Notes under the pieces: generated by a model | Databases searched by the model: none | Seen by the model: the letters and a program-made list of their open reading frames with translations, nothing else | Told to the model about the DNA's origin: nothing | Shown: positions 14,982 through 28,469 of the stretch, piece by piece | Position numbering within the stretch: the stretch's first letter is position 1 | Layout of the letters: the number at the start of each line of letters is the position of its first letter | Made by a program: the position numbers and the translations under genes | From: Octopus sinensis | Lineage: Eukaryota | Assembly (NCBI RefSeq): GCF_006345805.1 | Contig: NC_043015.1 | Location: 53,506,001-53,570,000, forward strand | Direction: 5' to 3' | DNA length: 64,000 bases

Positions 14982-15353
14982 TATATATTTATATATAAAT
15001 ATATGTGTGTGTGTGTGTGTGTGCGATATAATAATATTCATTTGAATAAGATACTTAAAGTTATACCTAGTTAGCTAGTCGTGGAAAAATATGTATGTAG
15101 AGCGGATTTTGAATTATTTTGAAATATTTTTAATTATTTTAAATGTCAGAAGATTCCTTTATTCTTCAGAAGAAAACGGTTTCTTTATAATGATGCAATG
15201 AACTATTTGATCAATTCAAAAAAATGTTAGAAACTGCTGCAATGGTCGACACCTTTCCATCAATTGATACTTGTTCATAAATGTATTTGTATATCTATAT
15301 CTAACTATCTGTCTAGCTATCAGTAGATTTCTTTACCTAGACAAATATATGTA

Positions 15354-15389
<36 letters not shown>

Positions 15390-15390
15390 G

Positions 15391-15424
<34 letters not shown>

Positions 15425-15543
15425 TTATTGGTTCTATGTGTACGCCGTAGGCCTGAACCAGGAACTGTGTGGTTGGATAGCAAACTACATACCAAACAGC
15501 CACACACATACAGACGCCCATACAGACGCACACACGCAAAAAA

Positions 15544-15583
<40 letters not shown>

Positions 15584-16581
15584 TCACACACATACCTCGA
15601 AATCCGTCATGTCATCAATATTTATGACATGAATGATTCAGACCAGCAAAGACAAGTAAAAAACAAAATAAAGAAAAATAGAGGTAAATACACCAACACC
15701 AACACCAACACCACCACCATCACCATCACCGTCACCACCGCCACCACCACGACCACCGCAATCACCGCCAGCTGCTAAAGGTGAGACCAATCTCACCACC
15801 ACAACCGCCAGCATCACTCTAATCACAACCGGAAACAGAGTCAACAATCGTAAACGCAAACCAATCACTTGGACAATAATGGTCAGAAAAAAAGGTATGT
15901 GGGGAGGGCACCTTGTTTTTGTAATACAACAAACACCTAAAAAAATGATAAAAAAGCAAAGATCTAATAAAAACTAAAGAATAATTACTTATTAACACTC
16001 AATCGTACTTGGTACGTTTCACCTTTAGTTAAACAACTAACGACATTTTGCTTTTGAAGATGGCGTATCAAAGTTAGATATAACTTGTGAAGGTGCTGAT
16101 CGTAATTGGGGCCTCTTTCCTTTTCTCCGCTCTCGTTTTCTCTCACTCGCTCCCTCTCCCACTTTCTCTTCCTTTCGATCACTCTACACACACACACTTA
16201 CACACACATACATATATATATATAATACATACATACACTCATATATACATTATATTACATACATACACCCATATATACATGCCCATATACATAGTATAGA
16301 TATTTGTACACACACATACACATATATGTATACATAGATACATATATATATATATACATATACATATTTATATACATGTATATATATGTATATATATATG
16401 TATACATATACACATATATATGTATATGTATATATATACATATATATACATATATATATACATGTATACACACACATATATATATGCATATATAAATATA
16501 TACATTTACATATACATACATATATATGTAATATATGTATATATGGATATATATATATAATATAACCTATATATGTATGTC

Positions 16582-16628
<47 letters not shown>

Positions 16629-17108
16629 ATAAGTATGTATGTATACATATATGTGTATGTGTGTGTGTACAAGTATTTATACGTATGTATATGTGCATGT
16701 ATATATGGGTGTATGTATATATATTTATACATACATACACATATATATGTACATACACACATGGGGTTCTTTATGAGTAGGGATTTCTGTGGTGCCTTTT
16801 ATTATACATAGATGTAAAAAAGCAAAAAAACGCCGCCATCACCTTTGATGTGCTGTTATAAGCAAGTAAGCAGATGTAAAAAGTGCAATCAAATAAGTAT
16901 ATCAACTGCTTTATTAGTCAGCCTCTTGTTTATATCTATCCACCTTTCTTTTTCTCATTGCCTCTGTTTTTCTTCCCTTTCTTTTCCTTCTCTATATCTC
17001 TCTGTCTCTTTCCCTGCTAATTAATGCCAGTGACAATTTGACAAAACGAAGAATATATAACTTATCAGCTAGATACCTGTCTATCTATAACCATGTGTGT
17101 GTGTGTGA

Positions 17109-17152
<44 letters not shown>

Positions 17153-17245
17153 TTAAGTATGGACACACACATACACACATACACACATACACACTCAACC
17201 ACACACACAGAGACACACACACACACACACGCACACACGCACACA

Positions 17246-17303
<58 letters not shown>

Positions 17304-17346
17304 ACACACACACACACACACACATATAATATATACATATATATAG

Positions 17347-17680
17347 TAAAATTATAACTTAGGGTGTCTACGAGATACCCCCATGCTGAAAATAGCAGCC
17401 AGGATACGACTCTAAGACCACATTAAGTGTTCATATAGCACAAGGATGACAAAAAGTCAAAATAAAACTAGTAAAAATTATTTTGTCTTTTTGTTTTCTC
17501 TGCGTGTGCTATATGACACTTGATGTGGAGTCATATTCTGGCTGCTATTTTCAGCAAGGCGGTATCACGTAGATACCCTAAGTTATAATTTTAATAACAA
17601 TTATTACCTTTGAAGCTTTTTATTTCCATGATGGACACTTGATTAGATCGTTATTTAATTTAAATTAACGATCTTATCCC
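17347..17680. mobile_element. Short element with ~120 bp inverted duplication (arms 17347-17465 and 17478-17593), PLE pLTR-like, in TA/CA repeat
   Basis: TAAAATTATAACTTAGGGTGTCTACGAGATACC... versus ...GGTATCACGTAGATACCCTAAGTTATAATTTTA; the PLE origin is inferred only from architecture. Confidence 0.6.
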
Positions 17681-17711
17681 TATATGTGTGTGTGAGTGTG
17701 TGTGTGTACGG

Positions 17712-17930
17712 TCTTTTAATCTTTTACTTGTTTCAGTCATTTGACTGCGGCTATACTGGAGCAACGCCTTAAGTCGAACAAATCAACCCCTGGACTTATT
17801 CTTTATAGCACTAGTACTCAATCTTTCTGATTCTTTTGCCGAACCACTAGAAACGGTGACATAAACACAACAACATCGGTTGTCACGCAACGGTGGTGGT
17901 AGGGACAGAAACAGAAACATATATATATAT

Positions 17931-17961
<31 letters not shown>

Positions 17962-18209
17962 GGAATTAAACGCTGGTGTTATTCAAATTCTTTCACTGGT
18001 ATTATTCCAAAGGAATAAAATAGTGTAAAACAATGTAATCTCTTCAGGGAAATGAAGAAATGAAACTCGTCAATAAGAAATGTTAACCTTTAAAAACAAG
18101 GCGTTGCACCCTTTTTACTTGTGTGATTTTTTTGCTACCCTGGTATCTATCTATTTTTTCCGTGTTAATTGTTAACAAGGGAAAAATACACACATCTATA
18201 TCTATATCA

Positions 18210-18296
<87 letters not shown>

Positions 18297-18485
18297 TTAT
18301 CTATCTATCTATATATATATATACGACAGGCTTCTTTCAGTTTCCGTTATCTAATCCACTCACGAGGCTTGGGTAGGCACGAAGCTATAGTAGCTGATGT
18401 TTGCATAAGGAGTCACGCAGTGACACTAAACCCGAAACCATGTGGTCGGGAAACATGCTTCTTACCGCACAGCCAAGCCTGCACC
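17712..18485 (-). mobile_element. SINE family A split by an insertion (~17960-18190) and (TATC)n in its internal microsatellite
   Basis: 3' half 17712-17920 and 5' half 18320-18485 match 11729-12144. Confidence 0.75.
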
Positions 18486-18489
18486 TACA

Positions 18490-18523
<34 letters not shown>

Positions 18524-18538
18524 CCACATACATATATT

Positions 18539-18830
18539 GGGCGCGTGATATAGTGGTTAGAGTACGGTAAATGGCTACGCGTTATCTCCTTGAGCAAGAC
18601 ACATTATTTCACGTTGCTCCAGTCCACTCAGCTGGCAAAAATGAGTAGCACCAGTAATTCAAATGGTCAGCCTTGTCACACTCTGTGTCATGCTTACTGT
18701 CCCTGAGAACTACGTTATGGGTACACGTGTCTGTGGATTGCGCAGCCACTTGCACGTTAATTTCATGAGCAGTCTCTTCAGTTGATCGAACCAACTGCAA
18801 AAGTAGGCGTCCTAACCAACGGATTCTCCG
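18539..18830 (+). mobile_element. tRNA-derived SINE, family B (internally deleted head)
   Basis: GGCGCGTGATATAGTGGTTAGAG...CCTTGAGCAAGACACATTATTTCACGTTGCTCCAGTCCACTCAGCTG. Confidence 0.7.
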
Positions 18831-18916
18831 TATGTATGTATGTATGTATGTAAGTTTTTTACATAATTGCCACATTGAATATTATGAATTCAAAAAAGTT
18901 TTTTTTACATAATTAC

Positions 18917-19181
18917 CACATTACATGTATATATATAGTATTTGGTAACAGGGACATGTTAAGGGCATAAAGAAGTTCAACAGTGTGATGAGAATATTTG
19001 AAAAAAGGGGCAGAAAAGAATAAAACAAATATATTATTGGAAGTTTGGTTGCGTTAATTATTGGTTGTTGCAAATTGTCACATTACATGTATATATACAG
19101 TCTTTGGTAAAAAGGACATAGTACAACAGTATGGTGAGAATATTTGAAAAATTGGCAGAAAAAATTAAAATGAATATATTA
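18917..19181. repeat. Diverged tandem repeat, ~160 bp period
   Basis: CACATTACATGTATATATA..TTTGGTAA..GGACAT..TGAGAATATTTGAAAAA..GGCAGAAAA occurs twice. Confidence 0.7.
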
Positions 19182-19340
19182 TACATCTCAGGGTCAGTAT
19201 AATATTCTATGTTACTTTTGACAATCTTTTTCCAAAGAGTGAAACCGGTTAAGTAAATAAACATCTTTTAAATTGCATTTTCAAACCTTCTTTCGTATAT
19301 AATTCCACTCGTGCGATACCCCACAACTCAACTTTGTTAT

Positions 19341-19372
<32 letters not shown>

Positions 19373-19505
19373 ATGTGTTTATGCATGTATGTAAATGCAT
19401 AATGACCGCACAAACGTGGAAATGCGCACATATCCTCACTAATATACATACATACGTACACATAAAGTGGTAGTTAGATAGATAGATAGATAGATAGATA
19501 GAGAG

Positions 19506-19537
<32 letters not shown>

Positions 19538-19803
19538 AGAGATAGAGACACACACACACAGACACATACACAAACACCAGACAGACACACAGACAGAGAG
19601 ACACCCAGCAACGCTCGGTCTCTCCAAAAGCCGGAGGTGTCGAAATGAGAACGGAATGACTGTAAGATGGTGACAGAAAAATAATGATAGATTAGTTGTG
19701 CTCGTGTTTTATTGCTCTGTCAATATTCTGTGTTGGTCTGTTAATGACACTCTACCCCGCCCCACTACAATTTTTTTCATTCTTGTAATTAGTGTTATTT
19801 ATA

Positions 19804-19975
19804 GGAGCAGGAGTGGCTGCGTGGTATGTAGCTTGCTTATCAACCCCATGGTTCCGGGTTCAGTTCCGCTGCGTGGCATCTTGGACAAATGCTTTCTACT
19901 ATAGCCTCGGGCCGACCAAAACCTTGTGAGTGGACTTGGTAAAAGGAAACTGAAAGAATCCCGTCGTGTATATAT
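19804..19975 (+). mobile_element. SINE family A, 5' half
   Basis: GGAGCAGGAGTGGCTGCGTGG...GGTTCCGGGTTCAGTTCC...GGAAACTGAAAGAA. Confidence 0.8.
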
Positions 19976-19980
19976 TGATA

Positions 19981-20011
<31 letters not shown>

Positions 20012-20119
20012 TGTGTCTGTAAATAAAAATACCGCTTAAAAAAATACTAAGCGTAAAACCGTACGGGAGACAAACACAGAAGGTCCCTAATTCTTCATCA
20101 GTTATCACTCAGTTGTTAA

Positions 20120-20469
20120 GTGAAGGCGCATGGCTCAGTGGTTAGAGCGTCGAGCTTACGATCGTGAGGTTGTGAGCTCGAATCCCGGACCGGGCTGCGT
20201 GTTGTGTTCTTGAGCAAGGCACTTTATTTCACGTTGCTCCAGTTCACTCAGCTGTAGAAATGAGTTGCGACGTCACTGGTGCCAAGCTGTATCGACCTTT
20301 GTCTTTCCCTTGGATAATACTGGTGGCGTGGAGAGGGGAGGCTGGTATGCATGGGCGACTGCTGGCCTTCCATAAACAACCTTGCCCAGACTTGTGTCTA
20401 GGAGGGTAACTTTCTAGGTGCAATCCCATGGTCATTCATGACCGAAGGGGGTCTTTACCCTTTTACCCT
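20120..20469 (+). mobile_element. Young full-length tRNA(Arg-like)-derived SINE with an 18 bp TSD
   Basis: TSD TTATCACTCAGTTGTTAA at 20102-20119 and 20470-20487; A box TGGCTCAGTGG, ACG anticodon-like loop, B-box-like GCTCGAATCC, tail (TTTACCC)2. Confidence 0.9.
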
Positions 20470-21032
20470 TTATCACTCAGTTGTTAATACACAGTTTCGC
20501 GCCTTTACTGATAAGACTGAGAGCTTCACAACTGGCGGCGCCCGCAAGAACTATCCTTTTTGCGGAGAATACATTTTTCATTTATTAAGTACTGGAATGC
20601 AACAAACACACACACGCACACAATTTGTATTAACTAGTAATTTTTTCTATATACCCGTGTTATACTCCCTTGCCGTTATTCTTTCTCATTTTCTTTCTCT
20701 CACCCTCTCACTCCTTTGCACTTTCTCTCTTTCTATCCCTAGCCTTTCTCCTTCCCCCTTTCCTCCTTTCTTCTCTTCTCTTTTTTGTCCTCTCTGAAAC
20801 TCTCACCACCGCTCTCTTTCTGTCTTTCTCCTCTGCCTGCTACTGTCGCGTGACCCGCAGTCAGTTTCACTTTCCCTTGTTTTCTTACGCTGGTTCTCTG
20901 TCTCTCAATTCTTTAGGACATTTTCTTGGCCACCGTCCTAAATCATACTCTGTGTCATTTTATCTTCTTTTATTTCCTCTCGTTCCTGAATTCTCCGTAA
21001 AACGAATTTTCCTTTTTTTTTTGCAGGCGCAG

Positions 21033-21112
21033 CCAATTGTGAAACTCTCAGTCTTATCATTAAAGGTACGAAACTGTATTAACAACTGGGTGAGAACTGA
21101 TGAAGAATTAGG
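21033..21112 (+). ncRNA. Candidate type II (stem II-open) hammerhead motif; second copy on the minus strand at 20086-20535, split by the SINE
   Basis: CCAATTGT-GAAA-CT(CTC)AG-TC-TTATCA-31 nt-TGAGAA-CTGATGA-AGAATTAGG; the minus copy has a perfect TTATCA/TGATAA stem I. Confidence 0.55.
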
Positions 21113-21183
21113 GACCTTCTGTGTCCGGTTTTACACTCAGTATACGTTATGTCGATCTTTATATTTGCCATAAATTCTTTCAT

Positions 21184-21218
<35 letters not shown>

Positions 21219-21277
21219 TTATGTGTGTCTGTGTGTGTCTGTATATGTATATATATATATATTATATATATATTATA

Positions 21278-22050
21278 TATATACCAATTAAGGACTGAAC
21301 GAAAAAGGTGGACAGTCAACATGCTAGATATAGACGTCAAATCGCCATTCTCCACACAAAGATTTTGTTCTCAAATAAAAATAAAATTCAGCACGACCTA
21401 AAGCAATGGATGAGACAAAGAAAAATACTAAATGGAATAATTACCTACGTACTGCAGTTTCAGCTATTAATATCACAAGGATATCTGTAACTTCATCAGC
21501 GTAGTTTGTTATGAGCATAATATGCTGTACTAGATTGAAAAACGGTTACCGGAGTCCCGCATGCAAAAAGTACAACCTATTACGTTCGGATGTATCTTTC
21601 GAATGCCTCTACTTTTGGCGCGCTGATAATCGAAAAACTAGCCTGCAGTTAATAAATTAGCAGCAGTCAATTTATCGGTTTGAGAACATATATTTCATAT
21701 TTAAAAATTAAGGGTAGAAATTGATATTAGCCAATTAAAACCAGTGGTCTAGCACATTAAAAAGAATCCGAAGATTAAAATATTTATATATACCAATTAA
21801 TCCGAAGATTAAAATATTTATATATACCAATTAAGGACTGAACACGTGCTGAATTTTATTTTTATTTGAGAACAAAATCTTTGTGGAGAATGGCGATTTG
21901 ACGTCTATATCTAGCATGTTGACTGTCCACCTTTTCGTGTTCAGTCCTTAATTGGTATATATAAATATTTTAATCTTCGGATTCTTTTTAATGTGCTAGA
22001 CCACTGGTTTTAATTGACTAATATCAATTTCTACCCTTAATTTTTAAATA
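21278..22050 (-). mobile_element. HHR-bearing PLE pLTR/retrozyme-like unit: terminally redundant copy 21278-21843 (-) plus inverted partial copy 21844-22050 (+), in (TA)n
   Basis: TATATACCAATTAAGGACTGAAC at 21278 and 21821; 21844-22050 is the reverse complement of 21278-21396 plus ~21697-21800; 34 bp tandem duplication at 21767-21834. Confidence 0.8.
21445..21504 (-). ncRNA. Intact-looking type I hammerhead ribozyme
   Basis: CTACG-CTGATGA-AGTTA..GATATC(cttgt)GATATT..TAGCT-GAAA-CTGCAG-TA-CGTAG; palindromic stem III ACTGCAGT. Confidence 0.85.
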
Positions 22051-22311
22051 TATATATATATATGTATATGTATGTATGTATATATATGTATATAAAGACA
22101 GACACACACACACACACACACAGACATTCATAGAACCTTCTCACACGTTGAGAAATATTTAGTAGACGTTTAGGTAAAAATTAGAAACCCAGGACTTAAT
22201 TTTCCCGCCCAGTCATCCATTCATACCTCCCTCCCTCACTTCATTTATCGATCAGTCGATCGATCGACAGATCGATCCATCCGTCCGTCCGTCCATCCGT
22301 CCATCTGTCTG

Positions 22312-22405
<94 letters not shown>

Positions 22406-22552
22406 CCTGGCAGTCTGTCTGTCTATATGTATGTATGTATGTATGTACATAAATATATTTGTCTATCACTTTTTTCTCTCTATGTACACACGTATGTTCA
22501 TATGTTGGATGTGCGTGAGTGTGTATATATATATGTATGTAATGATATATAA

Positions 22553-22584
<32 letters not shown>

Positions 22585-24975
22585 ATAAAGTGAGAGAGAG
22601 AGAGAAAAAAGATATAGAGAAAGAGACAGGCGTGGAGAATTATTCGTAGAAAGATAGATAAGTACATACATATATATACACACGTATATAGTTACGTATA
22701 TTTATTGGTGTACTATTTTTTATTTCCAAAATGTGTATATATGTACATAAAGATATCTATGTACATAGTGAGAGACCATTTGAGAGAAAGACAAACCTAC
22801 ACATGTATGTGTACGTGTATGTACATAATTATATTCATACACGCTTATACTCACACGTGTACATCTATGTCTGTGTATTAATGTGTGTATCTGCCACTCC
22901 CACGCACATTCTGTATCTTTCCCGCACACATATTGATGCACACACATACACATATACTCATATCTATATACACAATTATACCCATCTGTTCATACATATA
23001 TAATATATAATAGTTATACAGTTACACACACATATCTATATGTATATATATATATATATATATATAGATAGATACATACACACACACACACACACACATA
23101 TATCTCCTTGGATCTTACATTTACATATCATTATATATATAAAGGCATGTGTACGCAACACACACAGCCATCCATACATACCTACTACATTCATACATTA
23201 ATATGTGCGCACACGCTACCACAACTCAAATGTGCCTTGTCAGCTATGTACAATTTGATTGGCCATCGGTAAAATAACAGAGTTGCTGGGTTGTGATTTT
23301 CGTTATCATAATTACAATCATTGTTTGGTTCCGTCCTTCCTTTACCCACTAACTTTCGTCTGAGTTCAGTTTTTGATCGGTACCAGCGAAGTGGTCGAAT
23401 TTACTCAAGCGAACTCATTTCATTAAACACCGTTTTCTCCTTCACCGCTCACACTAAATTGCAGCTTTGCAATTCCTGCGCTCTGCAATTCTCCACCAGA
23501 CCTCTTGCACCATACGCTGCTGTGATGGATATAATTTCTAGTATTTACTATCGCAGTCTGGGAAAAGGGTGGGAGGAATGGCTAGACTCTACTAAAATTC
23601 TACAAATGGGCGTAATGATGCTGTTCCTGCACAGTTAATATTCAAAGCTTTGCGTTCATTCTCTGAAGAACGTATAGGAGAGATGAAAGTAGTAGGTCAA
23701 TACGTCATAAATAATCGCTGAAATCAAGCCGTGGATGTTTATTATACGCTCTTGACCGTGTCTCGCGATGGTATTTATAGACATGTTAATATAGTCCTGT
23801 AGAAATATACCATATTTATGTCTTTTACTGGAATAAAAAAATAAATACTGAATAAATACTAACAAGAAATAACATATAATAGATAAATAAATACATAACT
23901 AAATAAGAAATAAATAAAACAAAGTCCCTTCGTGCATGAATTCTGTCCTCTAATGACGTTGCTTTCTTCTAACTACATCGTTACGCATGCCTGGTCACGT
24001 GTGTTGCAAGGCAGTAAACGGAAAGAGATGCAATTTGGAGCACAGAATCAGTTGCGAAGTAAACATCACTTGCTTAGATTTCTTTCACCACGCATTACGC
24101 AAATCAAGTAAAATTCTTCGAAAAGTTTACAGATTATGCTAAAGCCATCCCTATATTTACATCATTCATTAGTTTGGCTGGAATCCTTGCCAATATAATG
24201 GAATAAGTAAATTCTATAACATACCATTACGCCAACCAAAACCAGCGCTACGTGTTCTCTTGGGTTGTAAGAAATAACAGCTAAATTCTCTTCTAACGAT
24301 ACTTGACCATATTAAAATAGAGTAATGCATTTTTGATAATGTGGAACTTGATAGATAACTTGGAGACACGACGTGATGATCGCGGTTGGGGCGCTTTGAA
24401 TATAAAGCTATTCTGTTTTAGTTGATATGTGTTAAATAGCAGTAGTAAGAGGTAATTTTTCTGCATTTTAGCGAAGAATGACTAGTTTTATAAACCATAT
24501 TATTTCGAAAAAAAATTTTCTATTATGATAAATTGCAAAATTTTTATTTTTCAGTCACGTGTCTTAAAACGGTCAGGCAAATGCGAATGCGAATATATGA
24601 TCACTGCTGTTTGTCCGTCATTGGAGAATGCCTCCCCACTTTTAACGTTGCATATTCACAGCACGGGGGTTACGAATAAAATTGATACACGGCACTGCCT
24701 TACGCTGATAAATGTCATGTTTTATAAACATGCATCGTCTTAAGGAGGAAAAGTTTGGCAGCAGGTATTGAGGAAGAATAGATTCATTATTATTTGGATT
24801 GTCACTGATTTCTATAAACTAAAACTGTTGCTATTGTTATTCATCGGTCCGGAATGGTAGCTCTAACTGAGAAAAGACGCAACAAGGATAGAAACGAAAC
24901 CTTGTCTCAAAGCTTCATTGGAACCGTGTATCACGTGTATTATAAACATACATCGTCTAAAGGTTATAAACTTCA

Positions 24976-25036
<61 letters not shown>

Positions 25037-25050
25037 GCATATATAACATA

Positions 25051-26242
25051 CAATGTGTTCGAGATAAATTTGACAGTTTGCATCGAGGGAAAGAAAATGT
25101 AGCGCCTTATTCCAAAATAAAAGTATTTTTAAAAATTCGAAAAATGCCGACGGGATTATGATTGTAACGTAACAGCTTACACAAGGCAGCAGTCGTCCTT
25201 ACCTTTAACCACGGCCTCAAGACTGCTTGGGAAACTGACATATGCACTGTGTCCCTGAGAAGACCTCCTTGATTTTGGCCACCAACTCAGCCTTGGTGTT
25301 GCAGGCAGAGCGATTAATGTATTTCCCAATCACTCCCCACATATAGGAACCCGTGGGATAGGAGTCGGGGAAATTACGAGGCCAGAGATAGGGTCCAGTG
25401 AAGTCATAGTAATTCTCAAAAAGCCACTTCTGATTCTCTCCGGAGATATGGCAAGGAGCCAAATCTTGCTGCCGCACACATAGCCTTCCAGCAGGAACCC
25501 TCTGTGGCCAGGGACTGAACAAAGTATTCAGCAGTTTCACATAGCCATCTGAATTGAGAGTAAGGCCTGTTCAAAGATGTAGCTCGGCGTGACGTCACCC
25601 TCATTCGAGACAAACCGAAGACCATTACATTTCGATGGAACGTAGTTTTCTTCATATGTTAGTCATTATATGGATTGTAGTCACCCCATCTGTTTATCTG
25701 GGTGTTGTGCAACTGATTTTAACGGAAGTCATTGTCATATAAGAAGACCCAGACCATCCCTTTGGTCTCGGTTATCAAAATTTGTTTCCAGAAACTCTCG
25801 TACGACTGGTAGCGAAATTCCTCAATTGGGGCCAGCTTCATGGTAGCGAATAACAACACCAATCTCTCTCACCAAAGCCCGGATACCCTTGCTCGAATCT
25901 TCCATTACCTTGTCCTGCAGTTGTCAGAAGAATACCAGCGTGCAGACCCAGCAAAGCCGCCAGCTATGTCCCTTTCTGTTGACCACAGATTAGTAGTCTC
26001 TGTTGCAGGTGTCCATGCCACGTCTTACAGTTTTTACAGCATTTACATGTCATTGAGCAGTAGTAATGAGGCCAGCTTTTTGATACCTCCCTATACAGAT
26101 AAATCTTTCCCAATATTCAGAGGATTTCCAGTCCTCTATAGTAACTAACTTTTTCTCAACAACGTTGAATCCTCGCTAAAACAGAGAGCTGTTCATGAAA
26201 AACTAGAAACATATTCTCGTCAAATTTAGCCCGAAAGCACCT
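25051..26242 (-). mobile_element. Decayed Tc1/mariner transposon, DD37D (maT-like)
   Basis: QQDLAPCH...WPRNFPDSYPTG (= QQDxAPAH...WPPNSPDLNPxD) with 37 aa spacing; degenerate TIRs sharing TTCG.G.TAAATTTGAC. Confidence 0.8.
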
Positions 26243-26301
26243 TATGTGTATGTGTGTGTACACACACACACACACACAATATATATATATATATATATAT
26301 C

Positions 26302-26337
<36 letters not shown>

Positions 26338-27100
26338 GTGTGTGTGTGTGTGTGTGTGTGTGTTTGTATATGTGTGTATATATATAAATGTGTGTGTGAG
26401 TGTGTGTTTGTATTGTATGTACGTATGTGTGTGAATTTGTTTGTGAATGGGATCTTTGTGTGTGTGTGTGTGTATGCGTGCGCTTGCACGGCGTATATAT
26501 AAATATGTATATATACCATGCTATGGAAGCTGGAAGAAACTGTTACTCAGGGTTTCACGTAAACATTCATCTCACTACTTACATGAAACTCTAACTAACA
26601 GTTCGGTAATATTTTTTTCAGTTTCAATAAAAAATACTTTACTCTGCCTTTGGTATTCTAGTACTATTTTTCTACCTTGTTTTGCACAATTTCTATACAT
26701 AGGGCTACAAGTTGATTGACTTATAATTGCTGAACTAGATTGCTTATGTTTGATACTCACAAAGGAATGTACGTTAATTTATATCATTTTAATTAATACG
26801 TATTATTTAGTCGCTCCACAGAAATGTAATTAGACATTTTGACGAATCTAAACAAGTATATTTTTCTTGTATTTGCCCTTTGAGAGAGTATATATGTATG
26901 TCTAGACCAGCTTCATTTATGTATGTATGTATGTATGCATGTATGTATGTATGTATGTATGTATGTATGTATGTATGTATGTATGTATGTATGCATGTAT
27001 GCATGTATGTAGGTATATGTATGTATGTATGTATTTATGTATATATATATGCATATATACATATATATACATATATGTATATATACATATGTAAATGCAT

Positions 27101-27168
<68 letters not shown>

Positions 27169-27330
27169 GAATGTTACATATATGTATAAATATATTCATA
27201 TATGTATGTCTCTACTCCCTCTCACTCACTCTTTCTCTACCTCTCTCTGTCTCTATATCTGTATATGTCTATCTGTCTATGTATCTATCTATCACTCTTT
27301 CTCCCTCTTTCTCTCTCTCTCTATATATAT

Positions 27331-27365
<35 letters not shown>

Positions 27366-27553
27366 TTGTGTGTGTGCATGTAAGTATCAGTGTGTGTACG
27401 TAGACATATACATATATCTCCTTGCCTGTATGTGCGTCGGTGGAGAATAATTATGGAAATCTAATTTCGATCAGTTGCAACGTAGTCTCAGGAATCGTGA
27501 GGAGAATGGAATACTTACCGTCCATTGACAGACAGACAGATAAATTGATAGAC

Positions 27554-27620
<67 letters not shown>

Positions 27621-27621
27621 G

Positions 27622-27652
<31 letters not shown>

Positions 27653-27962
27653 GAGTGAAAGAGAAACAGGTGTACGCTCATACTTAGACACAAACATGCA
27701 TATAAAGCTCCATAAATTAGAGAGTATATAATACAATTTGCATTCAGATGACGCCTATTTTCTAATAACTAGTCTTATATATGCATTTATGCATATTTAT
27801 GCTTAAATAGTATCTAATTAATAAGATATACGTATTTAGTAGTAAGATTTACTGTTCGTCATAAAACGAACGTCTTGCAGCATGCTTTGTGGCATCTTAG
27901 TGTTAAATGTATACGCATTTATTTGTTGTTATATCAGCAGCGTGAACCAAGCCATACATACA

Positions 27963-27994
<32 letters not shown>

Positions 27995-28026
27995 CATACA
28001 TACATACATACATACATACATACATT

Positions 28027-28460
28027 ATGGCTGCCCCCTCGTTATCGAGTATGGCCATTGCACGAAGCTTAACTGTTATTGGTGCTGTGATCGAATGTGA
28101 CTTTTTAGCCCAGCTATAGATCTACAATGTCTTGTACAGAATTGGCAACAAAAACTTTTACCGGTAATAGCCGGCTGTAGTTGTAACTGGGCTTCATGTA
28201 CCTTTGCATGTCGTTTAAGTTCTCCTGCCGAATTACACTCTCTTCCACATGCCTGACAGATATGATTAGTATGGTGTGGAGGCCATTGATTGGTTGGAGT
28301 TCGAGGGGTTGAGTTGCGTTGGGCTTACAAGTTGCAATTTTCTCGGGAGGGCCAAGAGAGGGAAATGTTTTGTTTTGACACATTCTACCGGTGTACGAGG
28401 TTTGGAGGTGTTTGGTTGGCTGGAGTTTGTGTTGGGGGCTGCCGTTCAAAAGGAAAAGAT
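28027..28460 (-). mobile_element. RTE-like LINE 3' end with C2H2-like motifs and (ATGT)n tail
   Basis: Minus translation CQACGRECNSAGELKRHAKVH and FCCQFCTRHCRSIAGLKSHIRSQHQ*, then a short 3'UTR running into a (CATA)n array. Confidence 0.7.
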
Positions 28461-28469
28461 CCAAAAAAT

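Larger units (their letters stand above)
20020..21145 (+). mobile_element. PLE-like 3' remnant: pyrimidine-rich tract plus pLTR (~20990-21145) with an inverted pLTR copy upstream (~20020-20570)
   Basis: 21024-21140 is the reverse complement of 20045-20545 once the SINE is removed; both copies carry an HHR motif. Confidence 0.65.

Noticed and set aside
17980-18052. Minus-strand CTGAAGA...GAAA with an internal hairpin
   Set aside because: The base of stem II and stem III do not pair convincingly.
20125-20195. tRNA-Arg-like sequence
   Set aside because: It is the head of a SINE with a body, tail and TSD; the acceptor stem is not intact.
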